Assembly: GCA_963756455.1 (NCBI GenBank)
Contig: CAVWNC010000003.1
Coordinates: 1,537,430 to 1,601,429, forward strand
Length of the DNA: 64,000 nt
Reading direction: 5' to 3'
Source of the DNA: an uncultured Acidobacteriota bacterium
Lineage (GTDB): Bacteria > Acidobacteriota > Thermoanaerobaculia > Multivoradales > UBA5704
The translations under genes and the position numbers were made by a program. A model generated the notes under the pieces. The model was not told where the DNA came from, ran no database searches, and saw only the letters and a program-made list of their open reading frames with translations. The stretch's first letter is position 1. Each line of letters begins with the position of its first letter. This document shows, in pieces, positions 21,072 through 30,099 of this stretch.

Positions 21072-22577
21072 ATGCGCCGCCTGCCCGTCTTCCTCGCTCT
21101 CGTCACCCTGCTCACGCTGGCACTGATCGCCGCGGTCTGGCTGCGGCTGCCGGGCGTGAACGGCCCCGGGGAATGGCGGTGGGAGTACCGTACTCCTGGG
21201 CTCGACGGCGGTCCGCTCGCCCTCCTCCTCGCCCTCGCCGTCCTGATGATCGCCGCCGTTCTCCGCAACAGCGGCCGTTTCGCCGGCTCGCGGACCGGCC
21301 TCACCCTCCTGGTCGGCCTCGGATTCGGGCTCACCCTGGCGGTCGAGAGCGCCCAGCCCGGTGGATTCGGCCGGGTGCTCCAGTCGCTCGTCTCCCGGCA
21401 CAGCTTCAGCTATGTCTACGACGCCGGGGTGGCTCCCGGGACCCGGGAGCTGCTCGCCGACTTTCCGGCCGCGAGCGAGGATCTCGACCTGCACTCCCGC
21501 ACCCACCCGCCAGGCCCCCTTCTTCTCGTGCGCGGGCTGGATGTTTTGACCCGCGGTTTCGCGGTGCCTGGCGAAGAGCTGGCAGGATCGGGGCAGGGGC
21601 TGGTGATCCGGGCGCGCGACGCCTTCGACCGCGAGATCCGCCGGGCTCGTGAGCGCGGCCGGCCGGTGCCGGAAACGCCGGCTGGACCGTGGTCCGTTCT
21701 CACCCTGGCCTTTCTCCTCCCGGCCCTCTCCGCCCTCGCCGCCTGGCCCCTCCACCGTCTCGCCCGCGCCTGGGGCCTGTCGCCCGAGGCGTCGGCGCTC
21801 GCCGTCCTCCTCTGGCTGCTCACCCCGGCACGGTCGCTCTTCACCCCGTCTTTAGACCAGGCTCTGCCGCTCCTTCTCGTGGGGGCGGCGGCGCTCGCCG
21901 CGTCGGGCGGCAGGGCGCGCGCGGGTGCCGCGGGCCTCCTCGCCGCCGCGGCCTGCTTCCTGAGCTACGGCTGCCTCGCCGTTCTTCCCTGGCTCGGCCT
22001 CGTAGTCCTCGCCGCCGATCCACGCGTGGATCCTCAGGAGCCAACGCCCTGGCGGCAGCGTTCCGTCTGGGTCCGGGCGGTGCTCCTGGGAGTCGGCTTC
22101 CTCGCTCCCTGGGCGATCCTCTCGCTGGCGACCGGCTACGCTCCCTGGCGAGACTTCCGGATCGCCATCGCCGCCCACCGGGGAATGGCGGTTCTGACCC
22201 GTTCCTATTCCACCTGGGTGGGCTGGAATCTCTATGACTTCACCCTCCTCCTCGGCCCGGCGGTCGTCGGCTTCGCGGGCTTGGCGCTCGTCGGCTTCGG
22301 GCGAGGGCGGCTTTCGCGACCGTTCCGGTGGGGGCTCTGGAGCTTCTGGGGGCTCCTCCTTCTCCTCGACCTCTCGGGAAGCGTGCGCGGCGAGGTAGGA
22401 CGGATCTGGCTCTTCCTCATGCCGCTCGCCGGCCTCTTCGCCGCCGCGGCGCTCGTCGACTCCCGGGGCGAGGCTCGCCCGCCCACCAGCCACCCGGCCG
22501 GAGAGATGGCGATCGTTGCCGTCCTTGAGCTCGCCCTCCTCCTCACGCTCGCCGCGAATCTCGTCTTCGTGAGCTAG
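21072..22577 (+). CDS. Polytopic membrane protein, possible GT-C-type glycosyltransferase or membrane remodelling protein
   Basis: About 12 predicted TM helices and no soluble domain. The start was chosen at MRRLPVFLAL. The function is not determinable from sequence alone. Confidence 0.55.
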   Translation: MRRLPVFLALVTLLTLALIAAVWLRLPGVNGPGEWRWEYRTPGLDGGPLALLLALAVLMIAAVLRNSGRFAGSRTGLTLLVGLGFGLTLAVESAQPGGFGRVLQSLVSRHSFSYVYDAGVAPGTRELLADFPAASEDLDLHSRTHPPGPLLLVRGLDVLTRGFAVPGEELAGSGQGLVIRARDAFDREIRRARERGRPVPETPAGPWSVLTLAFLLPALSALAAWPLHRLARAWGLSPEASALAVLLWLLTPARSLFTPSLDQALPLLLVGAAALAASGGRARAGAAGLLAAAACFLSYGCLAVLPWLGLVVLAADPRVDPQEPTPWRQRSVWVRAVLLGVGFLAPWAILSLATGYAPWRDFRIAIAAHRGMAVLTRSYSTWVGWNLYDFTLLLGPAVVGFAGLALVGFGRGRLSRPFRWGLWSFWGLLLLLDLSGSVRGEVGRIWLFLMPLAGLFAAAALVDSRGEARPPTSHPAGEMAIVAVLELALLLTLAANLVFVS

Positions 22578-22587
22578 CGCTGGCGGC

Positions 22588-25500
22588 TCAGCCCCCCACC
22601 TGCATCGGCGGCAGCTCCGGCAGCAGCCGGAGGTCGGAGTCCCCAACTTTTTTCCGGAACGCGGCCACGTCCTCGGCCGCGAAGCGGTTCAGAGCGTCGA
22701 CCGCGTCTTTCGTCGTCTGGCGGGCGATCTCCAGGTAGGCCTCCTGGGCGGGAGTCGGGGCGTCCCAAGAGGACTGGAGCGACTGGAGAGCGCGGCCGAT
22801 CTTCGACTGGGCGTCGTTGTCGGGGAGCTCTCCCTCTTCGGTCGGGGCGTGCCAGAAGCGCTGCTCCAGGGTCTTGAGCTTGTCGAGGAGCTTCTGGCTG
22901 GCGTCGGTGATCTCCTTGGTGGCCGGATCGGGCTTCGTCGTGTCCTCGCGGCGCTTCCTCTCGTCGTCGTTCTTCTTCACCTGGGCCGTCAGCGCCTGGA
23001 CGTCGGTGCGGATGCGGCCGATGCGCTCGACGGCGTTGGCGATCGTCTCCTGGAGGGCGCCGCTCTCCGCAAAGGCTTTCTCGCGCGCGTCGCGGGCGGT
23101 CTGCGGGATGTCGAAGCGCGGATCGGGGAGCACCTGGAGCCTCCCCTCCGCCTTGTGGTCGCCGTAGGTCACCCGCACGCGGTAGGTTCCGGGCATCACT
23201 TCGGGTCCAGCGTCGCGGAAGAAGCCACCGCGGTTGCGCCGGTTGGGCGACTTGTAGGACTTGCGGCCGAGGTCCCAGACCGCCCGGTTGATACCGAGGG
23301 TCGCGGGCTGCTCGAAGCTCCGGATCACCTTGCCCGAGACGTCGAGGATCTCGATCCGCGCCTTGGGTCCGTCTTTGTCTCTGCCGCCTCCCCCCCTGCC
23401 ACCGTCCCCCGGCGGTTTCCCGCCGGCCGGAGCCACCGTGGGCTGGTCCTCGCCGGAGGACCGCGCCTCCCGTTCGGCGGCGAGGGCCTTCTCGCGCTCT
23501 TTTTCGAGCTCGGCGTTCTTCCGGTCCCGCTCCGCCTGGGCGTCCGGCAGAGGGAGACCGGGAACGTTCAGGGTATAGGTGATGAGAGCGCCGTAGGGCC
23601 GGCCGTCCCCGCGGTACTCGCCGGTGCCGGGGAAGTGACTGCCGCCCGGTTGCCCCACCCGGTGCTGGATGGTGTCGGAGATCTCGAAGAGATGGAGCGG
23701 CTCCTTCAAAACCGCCGGCGAGAGGGTGCGGAGGGGGCGGATGTCGTCGATGATGTAGATGCCGCGGCCATGGGTGGCGGCGATCAGGTCGCCCTCCCGG
23801 GGCTGGATGGCGAGGGCCATATAGGAGGTCGTGGGGAGGCCGCCCTTCAAGGGGAGCCAGGCCTTGCCGCCGTCCTCTGTAAACCAGAGGCCGTACTCGG
23901 TGCCCAGGAAGAGGAGGTTCCGGTCGACCGGGTCCTCGACGGTCGCGAGGGCGTAGCCGCGGAGGTCCGGGGTGACCAGGCTCTGCCAGGTGCGGCCGAA
24001 GTCGGTCGTCCTGACGACATAGGGGGCGACGTCGGAGCGGCGGTGGTTGTCGAAGACGACGTAGGCGGTCCCGGCGTCGAACCGGGAGGCGGTGATCTGG
24101 GGGATCCAGGTATGGGCGGGCACGCCGTGGACGTTCCCCTCGACGCTCTGCCAGGTCTTGCCGCCGTCCCGGGTCACCTGGAGGCGGCCGTCGTCGGTCC
24201 CCACCCAGATCACCCCACGCTCCAGGGGTGAGGGAGCGATGGCGAGAAGGGTCGTGAAGTTCTCCGCCGCCGTGGCGTCGATGATCAGGCCGCCGCTCTC
24301 GTCCTGGTGCTGCCACTCCGGCCGGTTGGTCGTCAGATCGGGAGAGATCACCGTCCAGGTCTCGCCGCGGTCGGTCGAGCGGTGGAGGTACTGGCTCCCC
24401 AGGTAGATCGTGTCGGGATCGAAGGGATCGACGGCGAAACCGGTGTTCCAGTTGAAGCGCAGCTTGCCGCCCGCGGGAGGCGCCGGCTGGATGTCCTTGC
24501 GCTCGCCGCGGTTCAAATCCCAGCGCACCAGGTGGCCGCCCTGGGAGAGCGAGTAGCCGCGGCTGGGGTCCTTGAGATCCGGAGCGGTGTCGAAGCCGTC
24601 CCCGAAGCCCACCTCCTTCCAGTCGGAGTTGCGGATGCCGCCGTTCACCCAGACCGTGCTCGGACCCTTCCAGGCACCGTTGTCCTGCATGCCGCCGTAG
24701 ACGTTGTAGGGCACGGCATCGTCGAAGCGCACGTGGTAGAACTGGGGGATCGGCAGGTTCTGCACGTAAGCCCAGTTCTTCCCCCGGTCGCGCGAGATCG
24801 CCACGCCGCCGTCGTTGCCGAGGAGGATGTTGTTCCCATCCCTGGGATCGATCCAGATGGCATGGAAGTCCGGGTGGACGTCTCTGAACGGCACCAGGGT
24901 GCTCCAGGTCTTGCCGCCGTCGTCCGAGCTGTCGACCTCGGTCGCCAGGCGGTAGATGCGGTCGGCGTCCTGGGGATCGACGGCGATGTGCGAGAAGTAG
25001 AAGGGGCGGGAGGTGACGTTGGGCTCGCTGTTGATGCTCTTCCAGGTCCGGCCGTCGTCGTCCGAGCGCAGGAAGGCGCTCTGCTTGGCCTCGACCAGGG
25101 CATAGACCCGCCGCGGGTCACCGGGGGCGAAGGCGAGGGCGATCCGGCCGAGGTTCCCCTTCGGCAGGCCGTCCTCCTCGGTCAGCCGCTTCCAGGTCTC
25201 ACCGCCGTCGTGGCTCTCGAAGAGCCCGGAGCCCGGGCCGCCGGAGCGGAAGAACCAGGGCCAGCGGCGGAACTGCCACATCGCGGCATAGAGATGGTCA
25301 GGATTGCCGGGCTCGGCCACCAGATCGGCGGCACCGGTCTTGTCGTCGACGTAGAGAACCTTCCGCCAGCTCTTCCCGCCGTCCTCGGTCTTGAAGATGC
25401 CGCGCACCGGACCGTCCCCCCAGGCGGGACCCAGGGCCGCCACCCAGGCCACCCGTGGGTCGGTGGGGTGGAGGACGATCTTAGGGATGCGCTCGCTGCC

Positions 25501-25929
25501 GTCGAGCCCCAGGTGAGCCCAGGTCTTGCCGCCGTCGAGCGACTTGTAGACCCCGTTGCCCAGCGAGACGCTGTTTCGCGGGTTGGCCTCGCCGGTCCCC
25601 ACCCAGACGATGTCGGGACTCTGGGGATGGGTGGCGATGGCGCCGATCGAGGCGACCTCTTGGTCGTCGAAGATCGGCTCCCAGGTGAGACCGGCGTCGA
25701 GCGACTTCCAGACCCCGCCCGCGGCGGCCCCCACGTAGACGATCGACGGGTTGGACGCCACAGCCTCGACCGCGGCGACCCGCCCGCTGACGACCGACGG
25801 ACCGATCGAGCGCGCCCGGAGGCCCGCAAGGAGGGTCGGGTCGAAGGCGGGGGCGGCGACGAGCGGTGCTGCCAGTAGAACGGCGAGGGTGAGAACGAGC
25901 GGCAAGGCGGCGGACGGGGAGCTCTTCAT
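22588..25929 (-). CDS. Secreted sortilin/VPS10-type BNR (Asp-box) repeat protein with a C-terminal coiled-coil/low-complexity region
   Basis: There is a signal peptide. Multiple S-x-D-G-G-x-T-W Asp-box repeats (SLDGGKTW, TEDGGKSW, SHDGGETW, SDDGGKTW, TRDGGKTW...) span two propeller-like halves. Confidence 0.8.
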   Translation of the reverse strand: MKSSPSAALPLVLTLAVLLAAPLVAAPAFDPTLLAGLRARSIGPSVVSGRVAAVEAVASNPSIVYVGAAAGGVWKSLDAGLTWEPIFDDQEVASIGAIATHPQSPDIVWVGTGEANPRNSVSLGNGVYKSLDGGKTWAHLGLDGSERIPKIVLHPTDPRVAWVAALGPAWGDGPVRGIFKTEDGGKSWRKVLYVDDKTGAADLVAEPGNPDHLYAAMWQFRRWPWFFRSGGPGSGLFESHDGGETWKRLTEEDGLPKGNLGRIALAFAPGDPRRVYALVEAKQSAFLRSDDDGRTWKSINSEPNVTSRPFYFSHIAVDPQDADRIYRLATEVDSSDDGGKTWSTLVPFRDVHPDFHAIWIDPRDGNNILLGNDGGVAISRDRGKNWAYVQNLPIPQFYHVRFDDAVPYNVYGGMQDNGAWKGPSTVWVNGGIRNSDWKEVGFGDGFDTAPDLKDPSRGYSLSQGGHLVRWDLNRGERKDIQPAPPAGGKLRFNWNTGFAVDPFDPDTIYLGSQYLHRSTDRGETWTVISPDLTTNRPEWQHQDESGGLIIDATAAENFTTLLAIAPSPLERGVIWVGTDDGRLQVTRDGGKTWQSVEGNVHGVPAHTWIPQITASRFDAGTAYVVFDNHRRSDVAPYVVRTTDFGRTWQSLVTPDLRGYALATVEDPVDRNLLFLGTEYGLWFTEDGGKAWLPLKGGLPTTSYMALAIQPREGDLIAATHGRGIYIIDDIRPLRTLSPAVLKEPLHLFEISDTIQHRVGQPGGSHFPGTGEYRGDGRPYGALITYTLNVPGLPLPDAQAERDRKNAELEKEREKALAAEREARSSGEDQPTVAPAGGKPPGDGGRGGGGRDKDGPKARIEILDVSGKVIRSFEQPATLGINRAVWDLGRKSYKSPNRRNRGGFFRDAGPEVMPGTYRVRVTYGDHKAEGRLQVLPDPRFDIPQTARDAREKAFAESGALQETIANAVERIGRIRTDVQALTAQVKKNDDERKRREDTTKPDPATKEITDASQKLLDKLKTLEQRFWHAPTEEGELPDNDAQSKIGRALQSLQSSWDAPTPAQEAYLEIARQTTKDAVDALNRFAAEDVAAFRKKVGDSDLRLLPELPPMQVGG

Positions 25930-26024
25930 ATCGACCTCCGATATACCGAGGGAAGACTATGCGCCGGGATGGGCGGGGAGCAAGGGTTGGAGGGTCTGAC
26001 CTCCGTGCCTGCCCGGACAGAAAC

Positions 26025-27173
26025 CTAGAGCCGGGTCAGCCCGGAGAGCAGGGCCAGATACTCCGGAGCGCCCATGGGTCGCGGGTTCGAAGCATTCGAG
26101 CCATTCTGAGCGGCGCGCTTGGCGATCCAGGGGTAGTCCGCGGGGGGGATGCCGAGGTCGGCGAACTCCGGAGTGTGGAGGGTACGGACGAGCGCCTCGA
26201 CCGAAACGAGGAAGCGTTCGGCCCGCTCGCGATCGTCCGCCCCCGTGGGACCGCCGGGGAGAGTCGCTTCGAGGACGGCGAGCCGCGGCGCGATCGAATC
26301 TCCGTGCGAACGCAGGACCGGGGCGAGGAGGACGGCGTTGGCGAGCCCGTGTGGGGTATCCCAGCGGGCGCCGATCGTCTCCGAGAGGCAGTGGACGGCC
26401 GCCACGTCGGCGTTGCCGAAGGCCATGCCGGCGAGGGTCGCGGCCTCGGCCATCCCCTCCCGCGCCTCGGCGTCGAGCCCGATGTCCTCGACCGCCCGCT
26501 TGAGATAGCGGAAGAGGAGGGTGATGGCGCGCGCCGCGAGCGCGTCCGAGGCGGGGTTGGCGGCGCGACCGGTCACCGCCTCCAGGGCGTGGGTCAAGGC
26601 GTCGAGCCCGGTCCAGGCGACGAAGGAGGGCGGGAGGGTCTTCAAGAGGTCGGCGTCGACGAGCGCCCAGTCGGGATACATGGAATCGCCCTTGAGGCTC
26701 ATCTTCCATAGCCGCTCGGGGTGGGTGATCACCGACACCCAGGTAACCTCGGAGCCGGTGCCGCAGGTGGTGGGCACGGCGAGGAAGGGGAGCGAGGGCT
26801 TCGGGGCGCGGTTCTTCCCTTCGTAGTCCTCCGCGCGGCCGCCGTTGGGGACGAGCATCGCTAGGGCCTTGGCGGCGTCGAGGACGCTGCCGCCGCCCAG
26901 GCCGATGACGAGCGACGCTCCCTCGGCCCGCACCCGCTCGGCCAGGCGGTCGACGGTCGTCGCTCGGGGATTGGGCTCGATCTCGTCGGTGATGAGAACG
27001 GTGAGGGACTGAGCGGCGAGGTCGCGGGCCACCCGCTCCGGGGTGCCGGTCGCCCGGTAGCCCCGGTCGGTGACGAGGAGAACCTTCCGTGGCGCGTAGC
27101 TCGCCGCGATCTCCGGCAGACGCGCGACGCACCCCGGTTCGAGGACGGTGCGCGTCGGCAGACGGAAGGGCAT
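26025..27173 (-). CDS. Iron-containing alcohol dehydrogenase family protein
   Basis: The GGGS..D.AK NAD-binding motif (GLGGGSVLDAAKA) and conserved His/Asp metal-ligand regions of the Fe-ADH family are present. Confidence 0.85.
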   Translation of the reverse strand: MPFRLPTRTVLEPGCVARLPEIAASYAPRKVLLVTDRGYRATGTPERVARDLAAQSLTVLITDEIEPNPRATTVDRLAERVRAEGASLVIGLGGGSVLDAAKALAMLVPNGGRAEDYEGKNRAPKPSLPFLAVPTTCGTGSEVTWVSVITHPERLWKMSLKGDSMYPDWALVDADLLKTLPPSFVAWTGLDALTHALEAVTGRAANPASDALAARAITLLFRYLKRAVEDIGLDAEAREGMAEAATLAGMAFGNADVAAVHCLSETIGARWDTPHGLANAVLLAPVLRSHGDSIAPRLAVLEATLPGGPTGADDRERAERFLVSVEALVRTLHTPEFADLGIPPADYPWIAKRAAQNGSNASNPRPMGAPEYLALLSGLTRL

Positions 27174-27226
27174 GGAGAGACGTCCGAGAGAGCGGGAAGC
27201 GCGCTCAGAGGCGAGCGCGCGATCGC

Positions 27227-28663
27227 CTACTGCGGCTTCTTCTGGCTGGTGCGGAAGAAGTCGGCCATCGAGCCGAAGCCCGATCCGCTGCTCACGGAGG
27301 ACGCTGCCGGCACCCCCTCGTCTCCACGCTCGGCACGATGGTCCCGCTCGCGCTCCCGGCTGCCACCGCCGCCGCCACGCTCGCCTCCACCACCGCCACC
27401 GCGCTCGCGACGCGGCCGCTCCTGGCGCCCGCCGCCACCCCCTCCAGAACCGCCGCGCTCACCGCCCCCGCCCCCACCGCGTTCGCCGCGCGGCGGAGCC
27501 GGTTCGCGCATCTCGCCGCCGCCGCGTTGCGGAGCCTCTTCGCGCTCGCCCTGGAGCGAGAGGGAGATCCGGCGCTTGGCGGTGTCCACGCTCAGCACCG
27601 TCACCTCGACGTCCTGGCCGAGTTGCAGCACCTCGCGGGCGTGGTTGATCCGCCGTCCGGCGCCCAGCTCGCTGATGTGGGCGAGGCCTTCGAGACCCGG
27701 CGCCACCTCGATGAAAGCGCCGAAGGTCTCGAGGCGCATGACCCGACCCTTGACCTTGGTGGCGTCGGGGAAGCGGGTCGCCGCCTCCTTCCAGGGATCG
27801 GCCTCCAGGGCCTTGCGGGAAAGCGAGATCCGCTCCCCCTGCTTGCCGCCCTTGGCGGGCTCGATCTTCAGGATCTGGACTTCCAGCTCCTGGCCGACCT
27901 GGAGCACGTCCTTGGGGTGGGCCGTCCGCGCGTAGCCGATCTCGCTTACGTGGAGCATCCCTTCGAGGCCGCCCAGATCCAAAAAGGCGCCGTACTCGGT
28001 GAGCGACGTCACCTTGCCGTGCACCACCGCGCCGGGCTGGAGCCTCTCGCGGGTCTCCGCCGCCTTGGCCTTCTGCTCCTCTTCGAGGAGAGCGCGGCGG
28101 GAGAGGATGATGTTGGGGCGCCGCCCCTTGCCCCCCTCCTCGTACTTGGTGACCCGGAAGGTCAGCCGCTGGCCGACGAAGCGCTCGGGGTCCTCGACGT
28201 AGCGCAGGTCGAGCTGGGAGACCGGGCAGAAGCCGCGCAACCCGGAGACCTGCACCTCGACGCCGCCCTTGACGACCGCGGTCACCAGCCCCTCGACAGG
28301 GACGCCGTTCTGGTGCGCCGACTCGATCTCGGAACGCGCCTCGGCGCCGCGCCCGCCGGCCCGGCGCTTCAGCACCAGGCTGCCGGTGTCGCTGTCGACC
28401 CCGGTGACCGTCGCCTCCAGGTTGTCGCCGACCTGGACCGTGACCTGGCCCTCGGCGTCCTTGACCTGGGCGAGCTCGATCATGCCTTCGGCCTTGCCGC
28501 CCAAATCCACGAACGCCGCCTCCGGCCCGATCGAGAGAATCTTGCCGCTCACCTTGTCCCCCACCTTGGGGGCCTGGGCGCCGTCGGCAGCCGGCTTGTC
28601 CTGCTCGAATTCGGCCAGAATGGAGCCGAAATCGGTTTTGTCTTCAGTCTCGTTCTCGTTCAT
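27227..28663 (-). CDS. S1 RNA-binding-domain protein (ribosomal protein S1-like, four S1 repeats) with an Arg/Gly-rich C-terminal tail
   Basis: It has four S1 motifs (G..V.G.V......GAF.....G..G..H.SE). The C-terminal ~110 aa is RGG/GGGGER low complexity. The start was chosen at MNENETEDK. Confidence 0.8.
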   Translation of the reverse strand: MNENETEDKTDFGSILAEFEQDKPAADGAQAPKVGDKVSGKILSIGPEAAFVDLGGKAEGMIELAQVKDAEGQVTVQVGDNLEATVTGVDSDTGSLVLKRRAGGRGAEARSEIESAHQNGVPVEGLVTAVVKGGVEVQVSGLRGFCPVSQLDLRYVEDPERFVGQRLTFRVTKYEEGGKGRRPNIILSRRALLEEEQKAKAAETRERLQPGAVVHGKVTSLTEYGAFLDLGGLEGMLHVSEIGYARTAHPKDVLQVGQELEVQILKIEPAKGGKQGERISLSRKALEADPWKEAATRFPDATKVKGRVMRLETFGAFIEVAPGLEGLAHISELGAGRRINHAREVLQLGQDVEVTVLSVDTAKRRISLSLQGEREEAPQRGGGEMREPAPPRGERGGGGGGERGGSGGGGGGRQERPRRERGGGGGGERGGGGGSRERERDHRAERGDEGVPAASSVSSGSGFGSMADFFRTSQKKPQ

Positions 28664-28890
28664 AGGTGCACAACTGTAGCGAAGCGGAGGCTCGAAGTCG
28701 ACCCCATCTAGCACATTTCCTATCCCAAACCGCTCCAGCTCGGCTACAATGGTGTGCCCTCAAGAGGACAGACGGGCCGAACCGTGGGCTTTCGCTCCAG
28801 GGTAGCACTCTCTTTGCTCGTCCCCTGCATCTCCCCTCCCTGCGAACCGCGTGGTAACTTTGTTGCCCAGGCCCCGTAGGAGATTCCTGT

Positions 28891-30099
28891 ATGGCATCCG
28901 TCACCCCTCTCCTCCAACGTTCTGCCGCCTCGGATCCCCTCGCCCTGCCGGGCGCACCGGTCGCCCCTGTCGCCCAAAGCCGCAGTGCCACCCTCCCCTG
29001 GTACCTCTATGCCGCCCTCTTCGGCTCGACGAGCATCGCCGTCGGCCTGATCTGGGACATCTCCTGGCACGCGACGATCGGCCGCGACACCTTCTGGACC
29101 CCGGCGCATCTCGCGATCTACCTGGGCGGGGTCCTCTCCGGGCTCTCCTGTGGCTGGCTGGCGCTCCGCACCACCTTCGCGAGCTCGGCCGAAGAGCCGG
29201 CCGCGGCGGTCCGCTTCTGGGGTTTCCGCGCTCCGCTCGGCGCCTGGATGGTGATCTGGGGCGCCTTTGCCATGCTCACCTCGGCTCCCTTCGACGACTG
29301 GTGGCACAACGCCTATGGCCTGGACGTCAAGGTCATCTCGCCGCCCCACATGGTTCTCGCCGCCGGGATGATCGCCATCCAGCTCGGCACCATGCTGCTC
29401 GCCGTGGCCTGGGCGAACCGGGTGCCGCCAGCGGCCAAGCCGCGGCTCACCCTGGCCTTCACCTACGCCGCCGGCATCCTCTTAGTCCTCGTCGCCACCG
29501 TGGTGATGGAGTACAGCGAGCCCAACCGCCAGCACACCGGGCTCTTCTATAAGGTCTCGGCCGCCCTCTATCCGCTCCTCCTGCTCGCCGTCGCCCGCGG
29601 CTCGCGCCTGCGCTGGGGAGCGACCTGGGCGGCCCTCTCCTACACCGCGATCCGGCTCGCCCTGCTGTGGATCCTGCCGCTCTTCCCGGCGCACCCCCTT
29701 CTCGCCCCGATCTACAACCCGGTCCATCACATGTGGCCGACGGAGTTCCCCCTCCTGCTGATCCTGCCGGCGCTCGCGATCGACCTCCTCGTCCAGCGGA
29801 CGGGAGCGGGGAGCGACGGCCGTCTGGCTCTCTTTGCCGGCCTGGCTTTCCTCGCCGTCTTCTTCGTCGCCCAGTGGCTCTTCGCCGGCTTCATGCTCAC
29901 CCCCTACGCCCGCAACGGGTTCTTCGCCGCCGACCAGTGGACCTACTACAGCCGGATCGGCCCCTGGCGCCATACGTTCTGGGACACCGACATTGACCCG
30001 GTGACCCCGTTGAAGCTCGTCGTGGCTCTCGTCTTCGCCACCGTCTCGGCCCGGCTGGGTCTCCTCTGGGGGAGCTGGATGGGCCGGGTGCAGCGCTGA
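28891..30099 (+). CDS. Polytopic membrane protein of unknown function
   Basis: About 10 hydrophobic helices with conserved Trp/His-rich loops. It is translationally coupled (ATGA) to the next gene. Confidence 0.55.
   Translation: MASVTPLLQRSAASDPLALPGAPVAPVAQSRSATLPWYLYAALFGSTSIAVGLIWDISWHATIGRDTFWTPAHLAIYLGGVLSGLSCGWLALRTTFASSAEEPAAAVRFWGFRAPLGAWMVIWGAFAMLTSAPFDDWWHNAYGLDVKVISPPHMVLAAGMIAIQLGTMLLAVAWANRVPPAAKPRLTLAFTYAAGILLVLVATVVMEYSEPNRQHTGLFYKVSAALYPLLLLAVARGSRLRWGATWAALSYTAIRLALLWILPLFPAHPLLAPIYNPVHHMWPTEFPLLLILPALAIDLLVQRTGAGSDGRLALFAGLAFLAVFFVAQWLFAGFMLTPYARNGFFAADQWTYYSRIGPWRHTFWDTDIDPVTPLKLVVALVFATVSARLGLLWGSWMGRVQR

Noticed and set aside
22574-25878. Long ORFs 22574..24316(-), 22849..24231(+) and 24307..25878(+)
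   Set aside because: Alternate-frame or antisense readings of the 1113-aa BNR/sortilin gene, which has clear repeated Asp-box motifs.
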